Part shown: positions 44,950 through 55,274 of the stretch, in pieces
Layout: every line of letters starts with the position of its first letter
Numbering within the stretch: position 1 is the stretch's first letter
Origin: Gammaproteobacteria bacterium
GTDB taxonomy: Bacteria > Pseudomonadota > Gammaproteobacteria > JAKDMP01
Direction of reading: 5' to 3'
NCBI GenBank assembly: GCA_049581885.1
Contig: JBAUSV010000014.1
Location: 20,872 to 84,871 of the forward strand
DNA length: 64,000 nucleotides
Made by a program: the position numbers and the translations under genes
The notes under the pieces: generated by a model
Database searches by the model: none
What the model was told of the DNA's origin: nothing
What the model saw: the letters and a program-made list of their open reading frames with translations, nothing else

Positions 44950-45381
44950 ATGGCCCTGGAACGTACCCTCTCTATCGTCAAACCCGATGCCGTTGCCAAG
45001 AACAAGATCGGTGCCATACTGTCCCGCTTCGAGGAAGCTGGCTTGCAGGTCGTTGCCGCCCGTATGCTGCATCTCGGCCAGAGTCAGGCCGAAGGGTTTT
45101 ACGCCGTGCACCGCGAGCGTCCGTTTTTCACCGATCTGGTCAAATTCATGACTTCCGGACCAGTCTTGGTGCAGGTGCTGGAGGGCGAGAACGCAATTGC
45201 CCGTAACCGCGAGGTGATGGGCGCGACTGATCCGAAACAAGCGGGAAAAGGCACGATCCGGGCCGACTTTGCTTCGAACATCGAAGAAAATGCCGTACAT
45301 GGTTCGGATGCGCCGGAAACGGCGGCACAGGAAATTGCCTATTTCTTTCCCACTCTTGATCTGTGCCCGCGCACCCGGTAA
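44950..45381 (+). CDS. ndk: Nucleoside diphosphate kinase
   Basis: '[11 protein letters not shown]...NAVHGSD' with the active-site His. Confidence 0.95.
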   Translation: MALERTLSIVKPDAVAKNKIGAILSRFEEAGLQVVAARMLHLGQSQAEGFYAVHRERPFFTDLVKFMTSGPVLVQVLEGENAIARNREVMGATDPKQAGKGTIRADFASNIEENAVHGSDAPETAAQEIAYFFPTLDLCPRTR

Positions 45382-45388
45382 GTAAGCC

Positions 45389-46504
45389 GTGATCGCAACC
45401 CGGTTGTCCACGCGCACCAACCTGCTCGGTCTTGATCGGGCTAGGCTTGAGGCGTGGTTCGCTGAACGTGGCGAACCCGCCTTTCGTGCGCGGCAATTGA
45501 TGAGCTGGCTGTACCGGCGGGGCGAGAGCGATATCACAGCCATGACCGATCTGGCCAAGAGCCTGCGTGAGCACCTGCAGGCCGAAGCTACGGTGGAATT
45601 ACCGCGGATTTTGCGCGATGAGCATGCTACTGACGAGACGCGCAAGTGGTTGCTTGCCACGGGATCCGGTACCGGCATCGAAATGGTGTACATCCCGGAA
45701 CCGGAGCGCGGCACACTGTGTGTATCGAGCCAGGTCGGGTGTGCCATGGATTGTGCCTTCTGCGCGACCGGTGCCCAAGGCTTTAACCGTAATCTTGACA
45801 CCGCTGAAATCGTGGCTCAGGTCTGGCTCGCAAACAAGCTCTTGCCGCCACGCGCACCGGATAGATCGGCGGTCTCCAACGTGGTGTTCATGGGCATGGG
45901 TGAACCGCTGGCCAACTATCGCAATCTGGTGCCAGCGCTGCAACTGTTGACCGATCCGCTGGGTTTCGGTCTGTCCAAGCGACGGGTGACAGTAAGCACT
46001 TCAGGGCTGGTGCCGGCCATGGATCGCCTGGCCGAGGACTGCGATGTGGCGCTGGCTATTTCGCTTCATGCCCCGGAGGATAGCTTGCGCGATGTACTTG
46101 TGCCCATCAATCGCCGCTATCCGATTGCCGAGCTGATGGCTGCGTGTCGGCGCTATGTGGGGCGGAACCCGCATCGCCATATCACGGTCGAATACGTGAT
46201 GCTGGATGGCGTCAACGACAGTGACCGTCACGCCCGGCAGTTGGTTCGTTGCCTGGATGGGCTCAGCGCCAAGGTGAATCTGATCCCGTTCAATCCGTTT
46301 CCGGAGACCCGCTTCCGTACCTCTCCGCAAGCGCGTATAGACCGCTTTCGTGACATAGTGATCAGGGCCGGATACATGACGGTAACGCGCCGGACGCGGG
46401 GCGACGATATCAGCGCGGCCTGCGGGCAGTTGGCAGGACAGGTTGAAAACCGGGTGCGGCATCGTTTGGGAGCGCGAAGGCACAGTGTAGAGGTGAATAC
46501 ATGA
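45389..46504 (+). CDS. rlmN: Dual-specificity 23S rRNA/tRNA A2503/A37 C2-methyltransferase RlmN
   Basis: Radical-SAM 'CAMDCAFC' motif and an RlmN N-terminal domain; GTG start. Confidence 0.93.
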   Translation: MIATRLSTRTNLLGLDRARLEAWFAERGEPAFRARQLMSWLYRRGESDITAMTDLAKSLREHLQAEATVELPRILRDEHATDETRKWLLATGSGTGIEMVYIPEPERGTLCVSSQVGCAMDCAFCATGAQGFNRNLDTAEIVAQVWLANKLLPPRAPDRSAVSNVVFMGMGEPLANYRNLVPALQLLTDPLGFGLSKRRVTVSTSGLVPAMDRLAEDCDVALAISLHAPEDSLRDVLVPINRRYPIAELMAACRRYVGRNPHRHITVEYVMLDGVNDSDRHARQLVRCLDGLSAKVNLIPFNPFPETRFRTSPQARIDRFRDIVIRAGYMTVTRRTRGDDISAACGQLAGQVENRVRHRLGARRHSVEVNT

Positions 46505-47277
46505 GATCTACTATTGCCTGCGCGGCAAGCCTCCTGACCCTGACGCTCGTTGGATGCGTCACATCGAGTTCCTCTCCAACGCCGCAGAGCAAGTCTTCGC
46601 CCCGGCTCGCCGCCAAGTACAATGCGCGGCTCGCGATGGGCTACATGCAGCAAGGGCACATGGATCTCGCCCAGAGCAAATTGGCTGAAGCTTTGCGGCA
46701 AGGCCCCAAAATGCCTCTGGTACATAACGCCTTGGCGCTGTATTACGAGCGTACCGGTCGACCCGCGGAGGCCGACCACCAATACAAGCTGTCTCTGGGC
46801 TACGATCCGGGCAACCCGAATACACAGAACAATTATGGCGCTTTTCTTTGCCGGCAAGGTAAATACCGTCAGTCGATCGGGTATTTCGTCAAGGCCAGCA
46901 ACAACCTCGATTACAGTACACCGGACGGTGCATTGGCGAATGCTGGATTGTGCGCCCTCGAGATTCCCGACAAGGCGCTGGCCAGAAAATATTTCATGCA
47001 AGCGCTGGCGATCAATCGTGATCAGAACCAGGCGCTCTGGCATCTGGGCCTACTCGGCTTTGAGGCAAATGATTACAGCGTCGCCAATAATTATCTGTCG
47101 CGCTTGATAGACCTGGTGCCGCACCCATCGGCCCTCATGCTTTGGGTCGCTATCGAGGCGGCATGGGCTTCGGGGCATAAGACACAAGCCCAGCATTACG
47201 GGCGTGAATTGCTCAAGCTGTATCCGAATTCTTCGGAAGCGCAAAAGTTTATTCACTTGGTGGGTGCCGGATCATGA
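46501..47277 (+). CDS. pilW: Type IV pilus biogenesis/stability TPR lipoprotein PilW (PilF)
   Basis: Lipobox 'LVGC', TPR repeats, and a position between rlmN and rodZ exactly as for Pseudomonas pilF. Confidence 0.75.
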   Translation: MRSTIACAASLLTLTLVGCVTSSSSPTPQSKSSPRLAAKYNARLAMGYMQQGHMDLAQSKLAEALRQGPKMPLVHNALALYYERTGRPAEADHQYKLSLGYDPGNPNTQNNYGAFLCRQGKYRQSIGYFVKASNNLDYSTPDGALANAGLCALEIPDKALARKYFMQALAINRDQNQALWHLGLLGFEANDYSVANNYLSRLIDLVPHPSALMLWVAIEAAWASGHKTQAQHYGRELLKLYPNSSEAQKFIHLVGAGS

Positions 47278-48122
47278 GCGAGTCGGAACAGGATCGTGGC
47301 GATTTGCCGATTGAATCGCCGGGGGCGGCACTGGTAGCGGCACGCAAGGCCCAGGCGCTGGAGTTGGAAGCGGTTGCGGAGTCGACCGGTGTACCACGCG
47401 ACGTGTTGCTGGCGTTGGAATCCGACGATTGGGAACGGTTGGACGCACCGGTGTATGTCCGGGGCTACCTGCGCAAGTACGCACGACTTCTGGGGCTGGA
47501 CGAAGAAGCAATCCTGGGCGCGTATGAGGCGAGCGCCGCACCGCACGATCCAGCCATTCGCGCGCATGTAACCCGGGGGCTGGGCGGTCATCGCGATGTA
47601 CGCTGGTTGATCCCCGTGACGGGACTGATAGTCGTTGTTGCCTTGATCCTTGTTGGATTATGGGGCTGGCACCATTGGCATGCAAAATCTTCGCAGGCGC
47701 TTGTGCCGGAGACCGCCGCTTCGGCGATGATGGCGCCAAACAACGGGCCACCCGCACCCCAGTCTGGCCTGGACGCGGCAGCAAGCAGTACGCAACTGAA
47801 AGCCACCGCAAGCGGTTCGTCGCCCACCCCGGCTGTTTTGCCCGACGGTATTCACCTAAGCCTGCAGATAATCAAGCCGTCGTGGATTGAAGTCTATGGT
47901 ACCGGGCACAAGAGACTTTATTACAATCTGGCGGCCGCCGGCACAAGTCTGCATTTCGATACTGCAAAGGGACCGTTAAGTGTGTTCCTGGGCAATGCAT
48001 CGGGTGTAAAAATCAAGCTCAACGGTGAAGAGTTTGAAGTCCCGAAAGCAGACGTTACCGGCAAAACTGCACGCTTCGAGTTGCATCTTAAAAAGGCGCT
48101 GAACGCAGGCGCAACACCGTGA
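47274..48122 (+). CDS. rodZ: Cytoskeleton protein RodZ-like (HTH + TM + C-terminal DUF4115)
   Basis: N-terminal Xre-type HTH, a single TM ('LIPVTGLIVVVALILVGLW'), and a C-terminal periplasmic domain. Confidence 0.7.
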   Translation: MSESEQDRGDLPIESPGAALVAARKAQALELEAVAESTGVPRDVLLALESDDWERLDAPVYVRGYLRKYARLLGLDEEAILGAYEASAAPHDPAIRAHVTRGLGGHRDVRWLIPVTGLIVVVALILVGLWGWHHWHAKSSQALVPETAASAMMAPNNGPPAPQSGLDAAASSTQLKATASGSSPTPAVLPDGIHLSLQIIKPSWIEVYGTGHKRLYYNLAAAGTSLHFDTAKGPLSVFLGNASGVKIKLNGEEFEVPKADVTGKTARFELHLKKALNAGATP

Positions 48123-49426
48123 GCGAAAATCTGCACGCGGTGCGTGGCTTCAACGATATTCTGCCTCCCGCATCCGCTCACTGGCAATTTGTGGAAAATG
48201 CGGCATGCGAGGTACTCGAACAGACGGGTTACGGCGAAGTGCGTTTGCCTCTGATCGAGGCGACGGCTCTGTTTGCGCGCTCGATCGGTGCGAGTACCGA
48301 TATCGTCGAAAAGGAAATGTACACTTTTACGGACCGCAACGGCGACTCCCTGAGTCTGCGCCCGGAAGGCACAGCCAGTTGCGTACGCGCAGGCATCAAC
48401 CATGGTCTGTTCAATGGTAGCCAGCAGCGTTTATGGTACCGCGGTCCGATGTTCCGTCACGAGCGTCCGCAGAAGGGACGCTACCGCCAATTTCATCAGA
48501 TCGGTGCCGAAGCGTTCGGCGTGAGTGGCCCCGATGTCGAGGCTGAATTGATCGCGGTGACGGCGCGCCTGTGGAAACGCCTCGGGCTGGAGCGCGTTCG
48601 GCTTACGCTTAATTCTCTGGGCGGAACCGGCGATCGCGGACGTTACCGCATTGCGTTGGTGGAGTATCTGAAACGCCACGAAGAGGCGCTCGACGAGGAT
48701 AGTAAACGCCGCCTGGAAACCAATCCGTTGCGTGTTCTCGACAGCAAGGTCGAGGCGACGCGCGAGATATTGTCTGCCGCGCCGCGCATAACCGATTTTC
48801 TGGATGACGAATCGCGAGCGCATTTTTCCGAGCTGTGCAAACGCCTGGATGCGCTTTGCATTGCGTATGAAATCGATCCATTTCTGGTTCGTGGGCTCGA
48901 TTACTACACCGGTACCGTATTCGAATGGACATCCGATGCCCTGGGTGCCCAAGATGCGGTATGTTCCGGTGGGCGTTATGATGGACTGGTAGAACAACTG
49001 GGCGGGCGTCCCACGCCGGCTGTAGGCTGGGCGTTGGGCATGGAACGCCTGATCCTGCTCGCTGAAGCACACGGAAATTTGCCGAAGGTGGTAGCGCCAC
49101 ATGCCTACCTTGTAGCGCTCGGCGAGGCCGCCGAATGCGAGGCCATGGCGCTTGCCGAACGTTTGCGCGAGCGGCTGCCCCGATTGCGTTTGACGCTGAA
49201 CGTGGGCGCGGGCTCCATGAAGGCGCAGTTGCGGCGGGCCAACCGGCTGGAAGCCGAATTGGCCTTGATCGTCGGGGATGCCGAGCTCGCAGACCGGAAA
49301 GTTACTCTCAAGTTTCTGCGCCAGGATGCGGAGCAGGAAACGGTTGCCATGGACGATTTGTCACATGTGTTGATGCATCGCATGGAGAATGCGGGGCTAA
49401 TGGATACGGAAATAAAGAAACTCTGA
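48119..49426 (+). CDS. hisS: Histidine--tRNA ligase
   Basis: Class II aaRS motifs and an HisRS anticodon-binding domain; GTG start. Confidence 0.93.
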   Translation: MSENLHAVRGFNDILPPASAHWQFVENAACEVLEQTGYGEVRLPLIEATALFARSIGASTDIVEKEMYTFTDRNGDSLSLRPEGTASCVRAGINHGLFNGSQQRLWYRGPMFRHERPQKGRYRQFHQIGAEAFGVSGPDVEAELIAVTARLWKRLGLERVRLTLNSLGGTGDRGRYRIALVEYLKRHEEALDEDSKRRLETNPLRVLDSKVEATREILSAAPRITDFLDDESRAHFSELCKRLDALCIAYEIDPFLVRGLDYYTGTVFEWTSDALGAQDAVCSGGRYDGLVEQLGGRPTPAVGWALGMERLILLAEAHGNLPKVVAPHAYLVALGEAAECEAMALAERLRERLPRLRLTLNVGAGSMKAQLRRANRLEAELALIVGDAELADRKVTLKFLRQDAEQETVAMDDLSHVLMHRMENAGLMDTEIKKL

Positions 49427-49448
49427 AGATTGATCAGGAGATGTAACC

Positions 49449-50165
49449 TTGGAAGGCTATACGACGGAAACCGAGCAGCTACAGGCGCTCAAGAAGTGGT
49501 GGGATCAAAACGCCAAATGGATTATCGCCGGCCTTGTGATTGCGGCCCTCGTAGTGGGCGGCTGGCGGTTATGGGGCTATTGGAAAAACGAGCGCTCAAG
49601 CGAGGCTGCGGGCCTGTATGCGGCTGTGATACAGGCCGAAGGGCAGGGCAGCAATGCCGCAGTGGAAGCTGCGGCCAAAAAACTGGTTCGAGCCTTTCCC
49701 GATACGGCCTACGGCGCGTTGGGCGGATTGGCGCTAGCCAAGTCCCAGTTTGCCCAGCAGCATATGAGCGATGCCGAAAGCAGCCTGCGTGCCGTTATTG
49801 CACATTCGCCCGACGAGGGATTGGCGCTGATTGCCCGCGTACGTCTGGCCAGGGTGCAGTTGCAGCGCGGCAGCCCAAAAGATGCCCTGACCACCTTGAA
49901 GGGCCAGGGAAAGGGTTCGTTTGCCGCTACCATGCAAAGCCTGCGTGGCGATGCGCTGCTGCAATTGGGCGATACGGAAGCCGCCCGTACGGCGTACGAA
50001 CAGGGATTGGCAGAGAGCGATGCGCAGAGCGGTTTGCATCAGTTGCTGGCCTTGCGTCTGGCCAGTTTGCCGACCGATCATCCGATGAGTGTGGCACCCG
50101 CGTCCGCCACCGCGGCGGCTAGCGACGTCCAGACCGCACAAGCTGCCACGGGAGGCAAATCATGA
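49449..50165 (+). CDS. yfgM: YfgM-family TPR membrane protein (ancillary SecYEG translocon subunit)
   Basis: The N-terminus is collinear with E. coli YfgM ('...ALKKWWDQNAKWIIAGLVIAALVVGGWRLWGYW'). Probable TTG start. Confidence 0.7.
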   Translation: MEGYTTETEQLQALKKWWDQNAKWIIAGLVIAALVVGGWRLWGYWKNERSSEAAGLYAAVIQAEGQGSNAAVEAAAKKLVRAFPDTAYGALGGLALAKSQFAQQHMSDAESSLRAVIAHSPDEGLALIARVRLARVQLQRGSPKDALTTLKGQGKGSFAATMQSLRGDALLQLGDTEAARTAYEQGLAESDAQSGLHQLLALRLASLPTDHPMSVAPASATAAASDVQTAQAATGGKS

Positions 50166-51319
50166 GGGTTTTACGCACCGGTTTTCTCTTGGCCTTCATT
50201 GCAGCGCTTACGGCCTGTTCGAGTTCCGCCAATCTGCCTCCGCCCAGACCCTTGCCGGTAAATCCCCACCAGATTGCAGTGCATACGCAATGGTCGCTGG
50301 ATGTCGGCGGCGGTGGAGGGGATCAGTTGCTGGGTCTTGCTCCCGATGCCAGTGGAAGCATGGTGGTTGCGGCGAGCAAGGGCGGACACGTGGTTGCGGT
50401 TAATGCGAGTAACGGGCATATCGAGTGGCAGCGCCATGTCAAAGCCAAGTCCCAGTTGTCCGGCGGTCCGGCAATCGCCGATGGCCTGATTGCGCTGGGA
50501 ACACGTTCGGGAGAGGTCATTGCGCTGGATGCGGCAACCGGGAAAACCCAATGGACCCAATCGGTCGGAGCGCCCGTTATCGCCAGCCCTGCGATTGGTA
50601 ACGGTCAGGTGGTGGTCACCACCCTGGCCGGCGATCTGTTGGGACTGGATGAGAAAACGGGGGCAGAACAATGGACCCAGAGCAATCCCGCGCCAGATTT
50701 GGCGTTGCGTACGGCAACGCGTCCGCTGATTGTAAATAGCGTTGCCTATGGCGGTTTTGCCGACGGCAAGGCTATGGCAGTCGACATGACCAGCGGTAAA
50801 CAGCTTTGGATCAAGCAAATCGCAGCAGGCGAGGGCGGCAATCTGGTGGCGAACCTGGTGGATGTAGGACACCGCATGGCCTATGCGGGCGGTAATCTTT
50901 ACGTTGCCACCTATCAGGGGAATCTGTCAGCACTCGTCGCAAGCAACGGACAGGTGGTATGGAATAGAAAATTATCCTCCTATACGGGCGTCACGCTCGA
51001 TGCCGCGCACCTGTATGTAAGCGATGCAGACGGTAGCATTCATGCCTACGATCTGGTGACCGGTGTGCCTACCTGGAGATATTCCAAGCTGGGGTATCGT
51101 GCTCTTTCAGCCGCCGTAGCCTACGGTTCCCTGGTGGTGGTGGGCGACCACTTCGGTTTTCTGCACTTCCTCGACCGCAACACCGGTCATTATCTGGGGC
51201 GCATCAAGATGGGTGACGGCGCTATACGCATGGCACCGCTTGTGGTCGGCAAAAACCTGATCGTGCTCGGTGGAGGAGGCGAACTTGTCGCCTATCGGGT
51301 CGCTGCCAAGGGTAAATAA
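50162..51319 (+). CDS. bamB: Outer membrane protein assembly factor BamB
   Basis: Lipobox 'LTAC' and PQQ-like beta-propeller repeats, upstream of der. Confidence 0.85.
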   Translation: MRVLRTGFLLAFIAALTACSSSANLPPPRPLPVNPHQIAVHTQWSLDVGGGGGDQLLGLAPDASGSMVVAASKGGHVVAVNASNGHIEWQRHVKAKSQLSGGPAIADGLIALGTRSGEVIALDAATGKTQWTQSVGAPVIASPAIGNGQVVVTTLAGDLLGLDEKTGAEQWTQSNPAPDLALRTATRPLIVNSVAYGGFADGKAMAVDMTSGKQLWIKQIAAGEGGNLVANLVDVGHRMAYAGGNLYVATYQGNLSALVASNGQVVWNRKLSSYTGVTLDAAHLYVSDADGSIHAYDLVTGVPTWRYSKLGYRALSAAVAYGSLVVVGDHFGFLHFLDRNTGHYLGRIKMGDGAIRMAPLVVGKNLIVLGGGGELVAYRVAAKGK

Positions 51320-51349
51320 GCGGCCAAGAGAACTGGGAGTGTCACGCTA

Positions 51350-52732
51350 ATGTTGCCGGTTCTTGCCTTGGTGGGTCGCCCCAATGTTGGCAAGTCGACT
51401 CTGTTCAACCGCCTGACGGCATCCCGCGACGCCCTGGTGGCGGACATGCCAGGACTCACGCGCGACCGTCAATACGGTTACGCGCAGATTGAGGGCAAGC
51501 GTGCGATTCTGATCGATACCGGCGGTCTGGCGGGCGAGGGTGGCCTGGCCGAGGCCGCGGAGGTTCAGACCTGGCAGGCCGTGGCCGAGGCCGATCATGT
51601 GCTGTTTATGGTCGATGCGCGGGTCGGGTTGGCACCGCCCGACGTCGAATTGGCACAACGTTTGCGCGCGAGCGGCAAGCCAGTGTGGGTGCTGGCCAAC
51701 AAGGCCGAGGGGTTGGGGTCTGATACGCTAGGAGAATTTCACTCCCTGGGTTTTCTCCATCTGTATCCGATTTCTGCCGAACGCGGATCGGGTTTACCGG
51801 CGTTTACCGCAGCCTTGGCTGCCGAATGCACCGATGCCGGCGAGATGGAGGCGGACGATCCGGATGCGCTCGCCGTGACCGTGCTCGGGCGTCCCAATGT
51901 CGGCAAATCCACCCTGGTCAACCGCCTGCTGGGCGAGGATCGACTTGTTGCTTCGGATGTGCCGGGCACCACGCGCGATGCCATCCGCGTTCCGCTTGAA
52001 CGCGATGGGCGGCGTTATGTTCTGATCGATACGGCCGGTTTCCGGCGCCGCACCAATGTGGAAGCCGGCGCGGAGCGGTTGGGCGTTCTGGCCGCCGTTC
52101 GCGCCTTGGAAAGCGCAACCGTCGCCATCATCATGACCGATGCGACGGAAGGTATTACCAGCCAGGATCAGCGGCTCATTCGTCTGGCGCTGGAACGTGG
52201 ACGGGCCGTGGTCGTCGCGCTCAACAAATGGGACGGTCTGGCTGCCGATTCGCGCCATCATGCCACGGTTACGGCCGACCGTCGCCTGGCCTTCGCTCCG
52301 TTTGTGCGTCAACTGCGCATCTCCGCCCTGCATGGGACAGGGCTGCGTGAATTGATGCGGGCGGTGAACGAAGCGGGCAAGGCTGCCAAAACCGAATTCA
52401 CTACGGCGCGTCTCAACCGGGCGCTCGAATTGCTGGTTGCGGCCAACGAACCGCCACTGATGCGGGGCCGGCGCATTAAAATTCGCTATGCTCACCCGGC
52501 AGGAACCAACCCGCCACGCATCGCGATTTCCGGCACCCAGGTCGAACGCTTGCCCGCTTCGTACAAGCGTTATCTTGCGAACGGTTTCCGCGAGAAATTC
52601 AATCTGATGGGTGTACCGCTCGCATTGGAATTCAGGAATGCATACAATCCGTATGCCGAGAAATCTGCCGGCCGGCGCACTCCCGAAGATCCCCGAAAAA
52701 TCCGCCGGAAACCTCGTGAAAAAAAACAGTAG
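51350..52732 (+). CDS. der: Ribosome biogenesis GTPase Der (EngA)
   Basis: Two tandem GTPase domains ('GRPNVGKST' twice) plus a KH-like C-terminus. Confidence 0.95.
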   Translation: MLPVLALVGRPNVGKSTLFNRLTASRDALVADMPGLTRDRQYGYAQIEGKRAILIDTGGLAGEGGLAEAAEVQTWQAVAEADHVLFMVDARVGLAPPDVELAQRLRASGKPVWVLANKAEGLGSDTLGEFHSLGFLHLYPISAERGSGLPAFTAALAAECTDAGEMEADDPDALAVTVLGRPNVGKSTLVNRLLGEDRLVASDVPGTTRDAIRVPLERDGRRYVLIDTAGFRRRTNVEAGAERLGVLAAVRALESATVAIIMTDATEGITSQDQRLIRLALERGRAVVVALNKWDGLAADSRHHATVTADRRLAFAPFVRQLRISALHGTGLRELMRAVNEAGKAAKTEFTTARLNRALELLVAANEPPLMRGRRIKIRYAHPAGTNPPRIAISGTQVERLPASYKRYLANGFREKFNLMGVPLALEFRNAYNPYAEKSAGRRTPEDPRKIRRKPREKKQ

Positions 52733-52752
52733 GAGCCGGAGTTTGTTCGCTC

Positions 52753-53565
52753 CTACGAACGAGATGTCACCAGTACAGGTGCAGCTTTATCTCCGATAAT
52801 TTCGCTTACCGTAATCGGTTGTAATCCGCGTTGAGAAAGTACCGGCAGGATCAAATCCAGGGCTTGAATAAGCGCCATGTCACGCTGTTTTCCGTCGAGA
52901 TCGTGGCCATCGTGGAAGACAACGATATCGCCGGCACGAATGCGGCGCAGAACACGGCCAGCGATTTTCCCTGCAGTGTGTCCGTGCGTGTCGCGCGCAT
53001 GCAGCGACCAGGCCACGACGCGCAAACCCATCCGTTTCTGCAGGCTGGCCAGCGCTGGGTTCTTGAGTCCCATCGGCGGTCGGTAAAGCGTTGGCGACAC
53101 ATCCGGGCTCAGCCGCTTAAGAGCTTGCACGCCACGTAATATTTCTTCTCTCATGGCTTTGTGGAACCGAACGTTCAGAAACCGCGAATGGTGGTAACTA
53201 TGATTGACGATTTCATGCCCTTCGTTCACCATGCGGCGGATCAGTTCGGGGTGGGTTTCGGCATGGCGGCCGATAATGAAAAAAGTTGCACGCGCCTTAT
53301 GCCGTTGCAGTGCATCGAGCACCAGTGGGGTTAGTGCCGCATCCGGGCCGTCGTCGAAACTCAGCGCCACCAATGGATTGTCACGATCTCCATGCCGGAT
53401 AACCGGCATGAGCCAGCCCGAACCGGGGCGCAGAGCGCCGTCACCAGCCAGCACCACGTAGGCGATCACTGGGGGCAGCAGTATCCAGAGGTGAGCGCCT
53501 GCAAGCACCAGACCGATCCCCAGCCACAGCAGACAAACGGCACGCAGGACATCGCAACGGGTCAT
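52753..53565 (-). CDS. Membrane-anchored polysaccharide deacetylase (NodB-homology, CE4) family protein
   Basis: N-terminal TM segments followed by 'LSFDDGP...FFIIG...HEIVNHSYHH' CE4 motifs. Confidence 0.75.
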   Translation of the reverse strand: MTRCDVLRAVCLLWLGIGLVLAGAHLWILLPPVIAYVVLAGDGALRPGSGWLMPVIRHGDRDNPLVALSFDDGPDAALTPLVLDALQRHKARATFFIIGRHAETHPELIRRMVNEGHEIVNHSYHHSRFLNVRFHKAMREEILRGVQALKRLSPDVSPTLYRPPMGLKNPALASLQKRMGLRVVAWSLHARDTHGHTAGKIAGRVLRRIRAGDIVVFHDGHDLDGKQRDMALIQALDLILPVLSQRGLQPITVSEIIGDKAAPVLVTSRS

Positions 53566-53608
53566 GGCGTTTCCACGGGATCGGGGGGCGGTAATTCTAG
53601 CAACTGTG

Positions 53609-55015
53609 TTATCGGGCGCGTCCCAACAACCAGCGCAACATATACCTGAAGCGTGCGCCGTAGGGCGGGCTCAGCAGCGGGAAACCGCTCAAGCGAGATT
53701 GGCGAAACACGGGAGTCATCCGGGAAAACGTGCGGAATCCTGTTTCGCCATGATAACTGCCCATGCCCGAGGGGCCGACACCGCCAAACGGCAGGTGGGA
53801 CTGGGTGATATGGCAGAGCGTGTCGTTGATGGTGACGCCGCCCGCACGAGTACGCTCCAGTGTCCTGCGTAACCGTGCCTGGTTGTCATCGAACAGATAC
53901 AGGGCCAGCGGATGGGGTCGCGTCGCGATAAAGGTCAACGCTTCGTCGAAGTCGTCGTAGGGAATCAGCGGCAGCCAGGGTCCGAAAATTTCCTCTTGCA
54001 TGAGAGGGCTATCCGTTGCCACATCACTGAACAGCGTGGGCGCCAAGCGGCGGCCGGTTCCTGGCGAATCGCCGAGTGAATGCGGGTTCGCACCTGCGGC
54101 TATGGCCGTTTCATAGAGCCGCTGCAGGCGTGCATGGTGTGCGTCATCAATGATCCCGGCGTACTGCCGATTGGACGCAAACTTTGGGTAGAGTCGTGTG
54201 AATTGTTGGCGTGCCGTCTCTATAAACTCCTGCACATGCGTACGCGGCAGCAGGACATAATCGGGCGCGATGCAGGTTTGTCCGGCATTGAAACACTTGC
54301 CGACCAGGATGCGTTTTACCGCGTGTTCAAAACGGGCGTCGGGGCCGATAATGGCCGGCGATTTGCCGCCCAGTTCCAATGTCACCGGAGTTAGATTGGC
54401 GGCGGCGGCACGCATCACTTGACGACCGACTCCAGTGGATCCTGTAAATAGAAGGTGGTCGAAGGGGAGTGCCGAGAAGGCTTTTCCGACCTCGGCATCG
54501 CCGGTTACCGCACGTACTTCATTGCCCGGGAAATAGAGCTTGAGGAGTTCGGAAAACACGGTCGCAAAATGTGGCGTGAATTCCGACAGTTTCAGCAAAC
54601 AGCCGTTGCCCGCGGCAATAGCGTCGGTCAATGGTCCGATGGACAGATACAGGGGATAATTCCACGGCACGATAATACCGATGATGCCGAGCGGTTGAGG
54701 CAGCAATTCGGTTCGCGCCGGAAGAAACCAGAATTCGGCGAAGCGACGACGGGTACGCATCCAGCGTCGCCCATGCTTCAGCGTATGTCGGATCGCCGAC
54801 AGCGAAGGGAACAATTCCAGCAGTGCCGTTTCCTCGGGAGGGCGGCCACCGAAATCGGCATCGATCGCCTCCGCAATCGCATCGCGATTCTCCAGCAGCA
54901 GTTTTTCCAGTGTACGCAGCCTCTGTTTACGCATCTCCCAGTTGGGGCAATGCTCGGCTCCATACGCTTCGCGTACCCGGGTAAACTCGTTATTTGGTGA
55001 TGATATATCTGGCAT
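53609..55015 (-). CDS. Aldehyde dehydrogenase, ALDH3/coniferyl-aldehyde dehydrogenase-like
   Basis: 'ELGGKSP' Glu motif and 'GQTCIAPDY' catalytic Cys motif; 468 aa. Confidence 0.85.
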   Translation of the reverse strand: MPDISSPNNEFTRVREAYGAEHCPNWEMRKQRLRTLEKLLLENRDAIAEAIDADFGGRPPEETALLELFPSLSAIRHTLKHGRRWMRTRRRFAEFWFLPARTELLPQPLGIIGIIVPWNYPLYLSIGPLTDAIAAGNGCLLKLSEFTPHFATVFSELLKLYFPGNEVRAVTGDAEVGKAFSALPFDHLLFTGSTGVGRQVMRAAAANLTPVTLELGGKSPAIIGPDARFEHAVKRILVGKCFNAGQTCIAPDYVLLPRTHVQEFIETARQQFTRLYPKFASNRQYAGIIDDAHHARLQRLYETAIAAGANPHSLGDSPGTGRRLAPTLFSDVATDSPLMQEEIFGPWLPLIPYDDFDEALTFIATRPHPLALYLFDDNQARLRRTLERTRAGGVTINDTLCHITQSHLPFGGVGPSGMGSYHGETGFRTFSRMTPVFRQSRLSGFPLLSPPYGARFRYMLRWLLGRAR

Positions 55016-55114
55016 GATCTACGAAGTGTACATTAAGCATTGTACTTATAATACAAATCCGCCATAGTGGATTGCACTTTTCATGGGCCGGACGAATTGT
55101 TGCACGTGCTAAAT

Positions 55115-55158
55115 GCACGACTTGAATTATCCCGGGTTTCTCGTGCTCCGTTTTTTTT
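55115..55158 (+). terminator. Orphan intrinsic-terminator-like element (GC stem + T8 tract) in divergent intergenic region
   Basis: GCACGA (55115-20) pairs with TCGTGC (55141-46), followed by TCCG-TTTTTTTT (55151-58). No plus-strand gene lies upstream of it. Confidence 0.3.
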
Positions 55159-55274
55159 AAAGAGCCGGGGGCGGTTCAGTCATAGATCAAGCGTATCTAT
55201 TAGAGCCGGGGTAGTCTACATTGGACCACTCGGCTCTGCTATGTTGAATTAGTCTACCTCAGAGTACTGGACAC

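Noticed and set aside
55067-55252. 61-aa ORF in the AT-rich ALDH-mtnA intergenic region
   Set aside because: No RBS and low-complexity content. The region is better explained as promoter or regulatory RNA (see findings).
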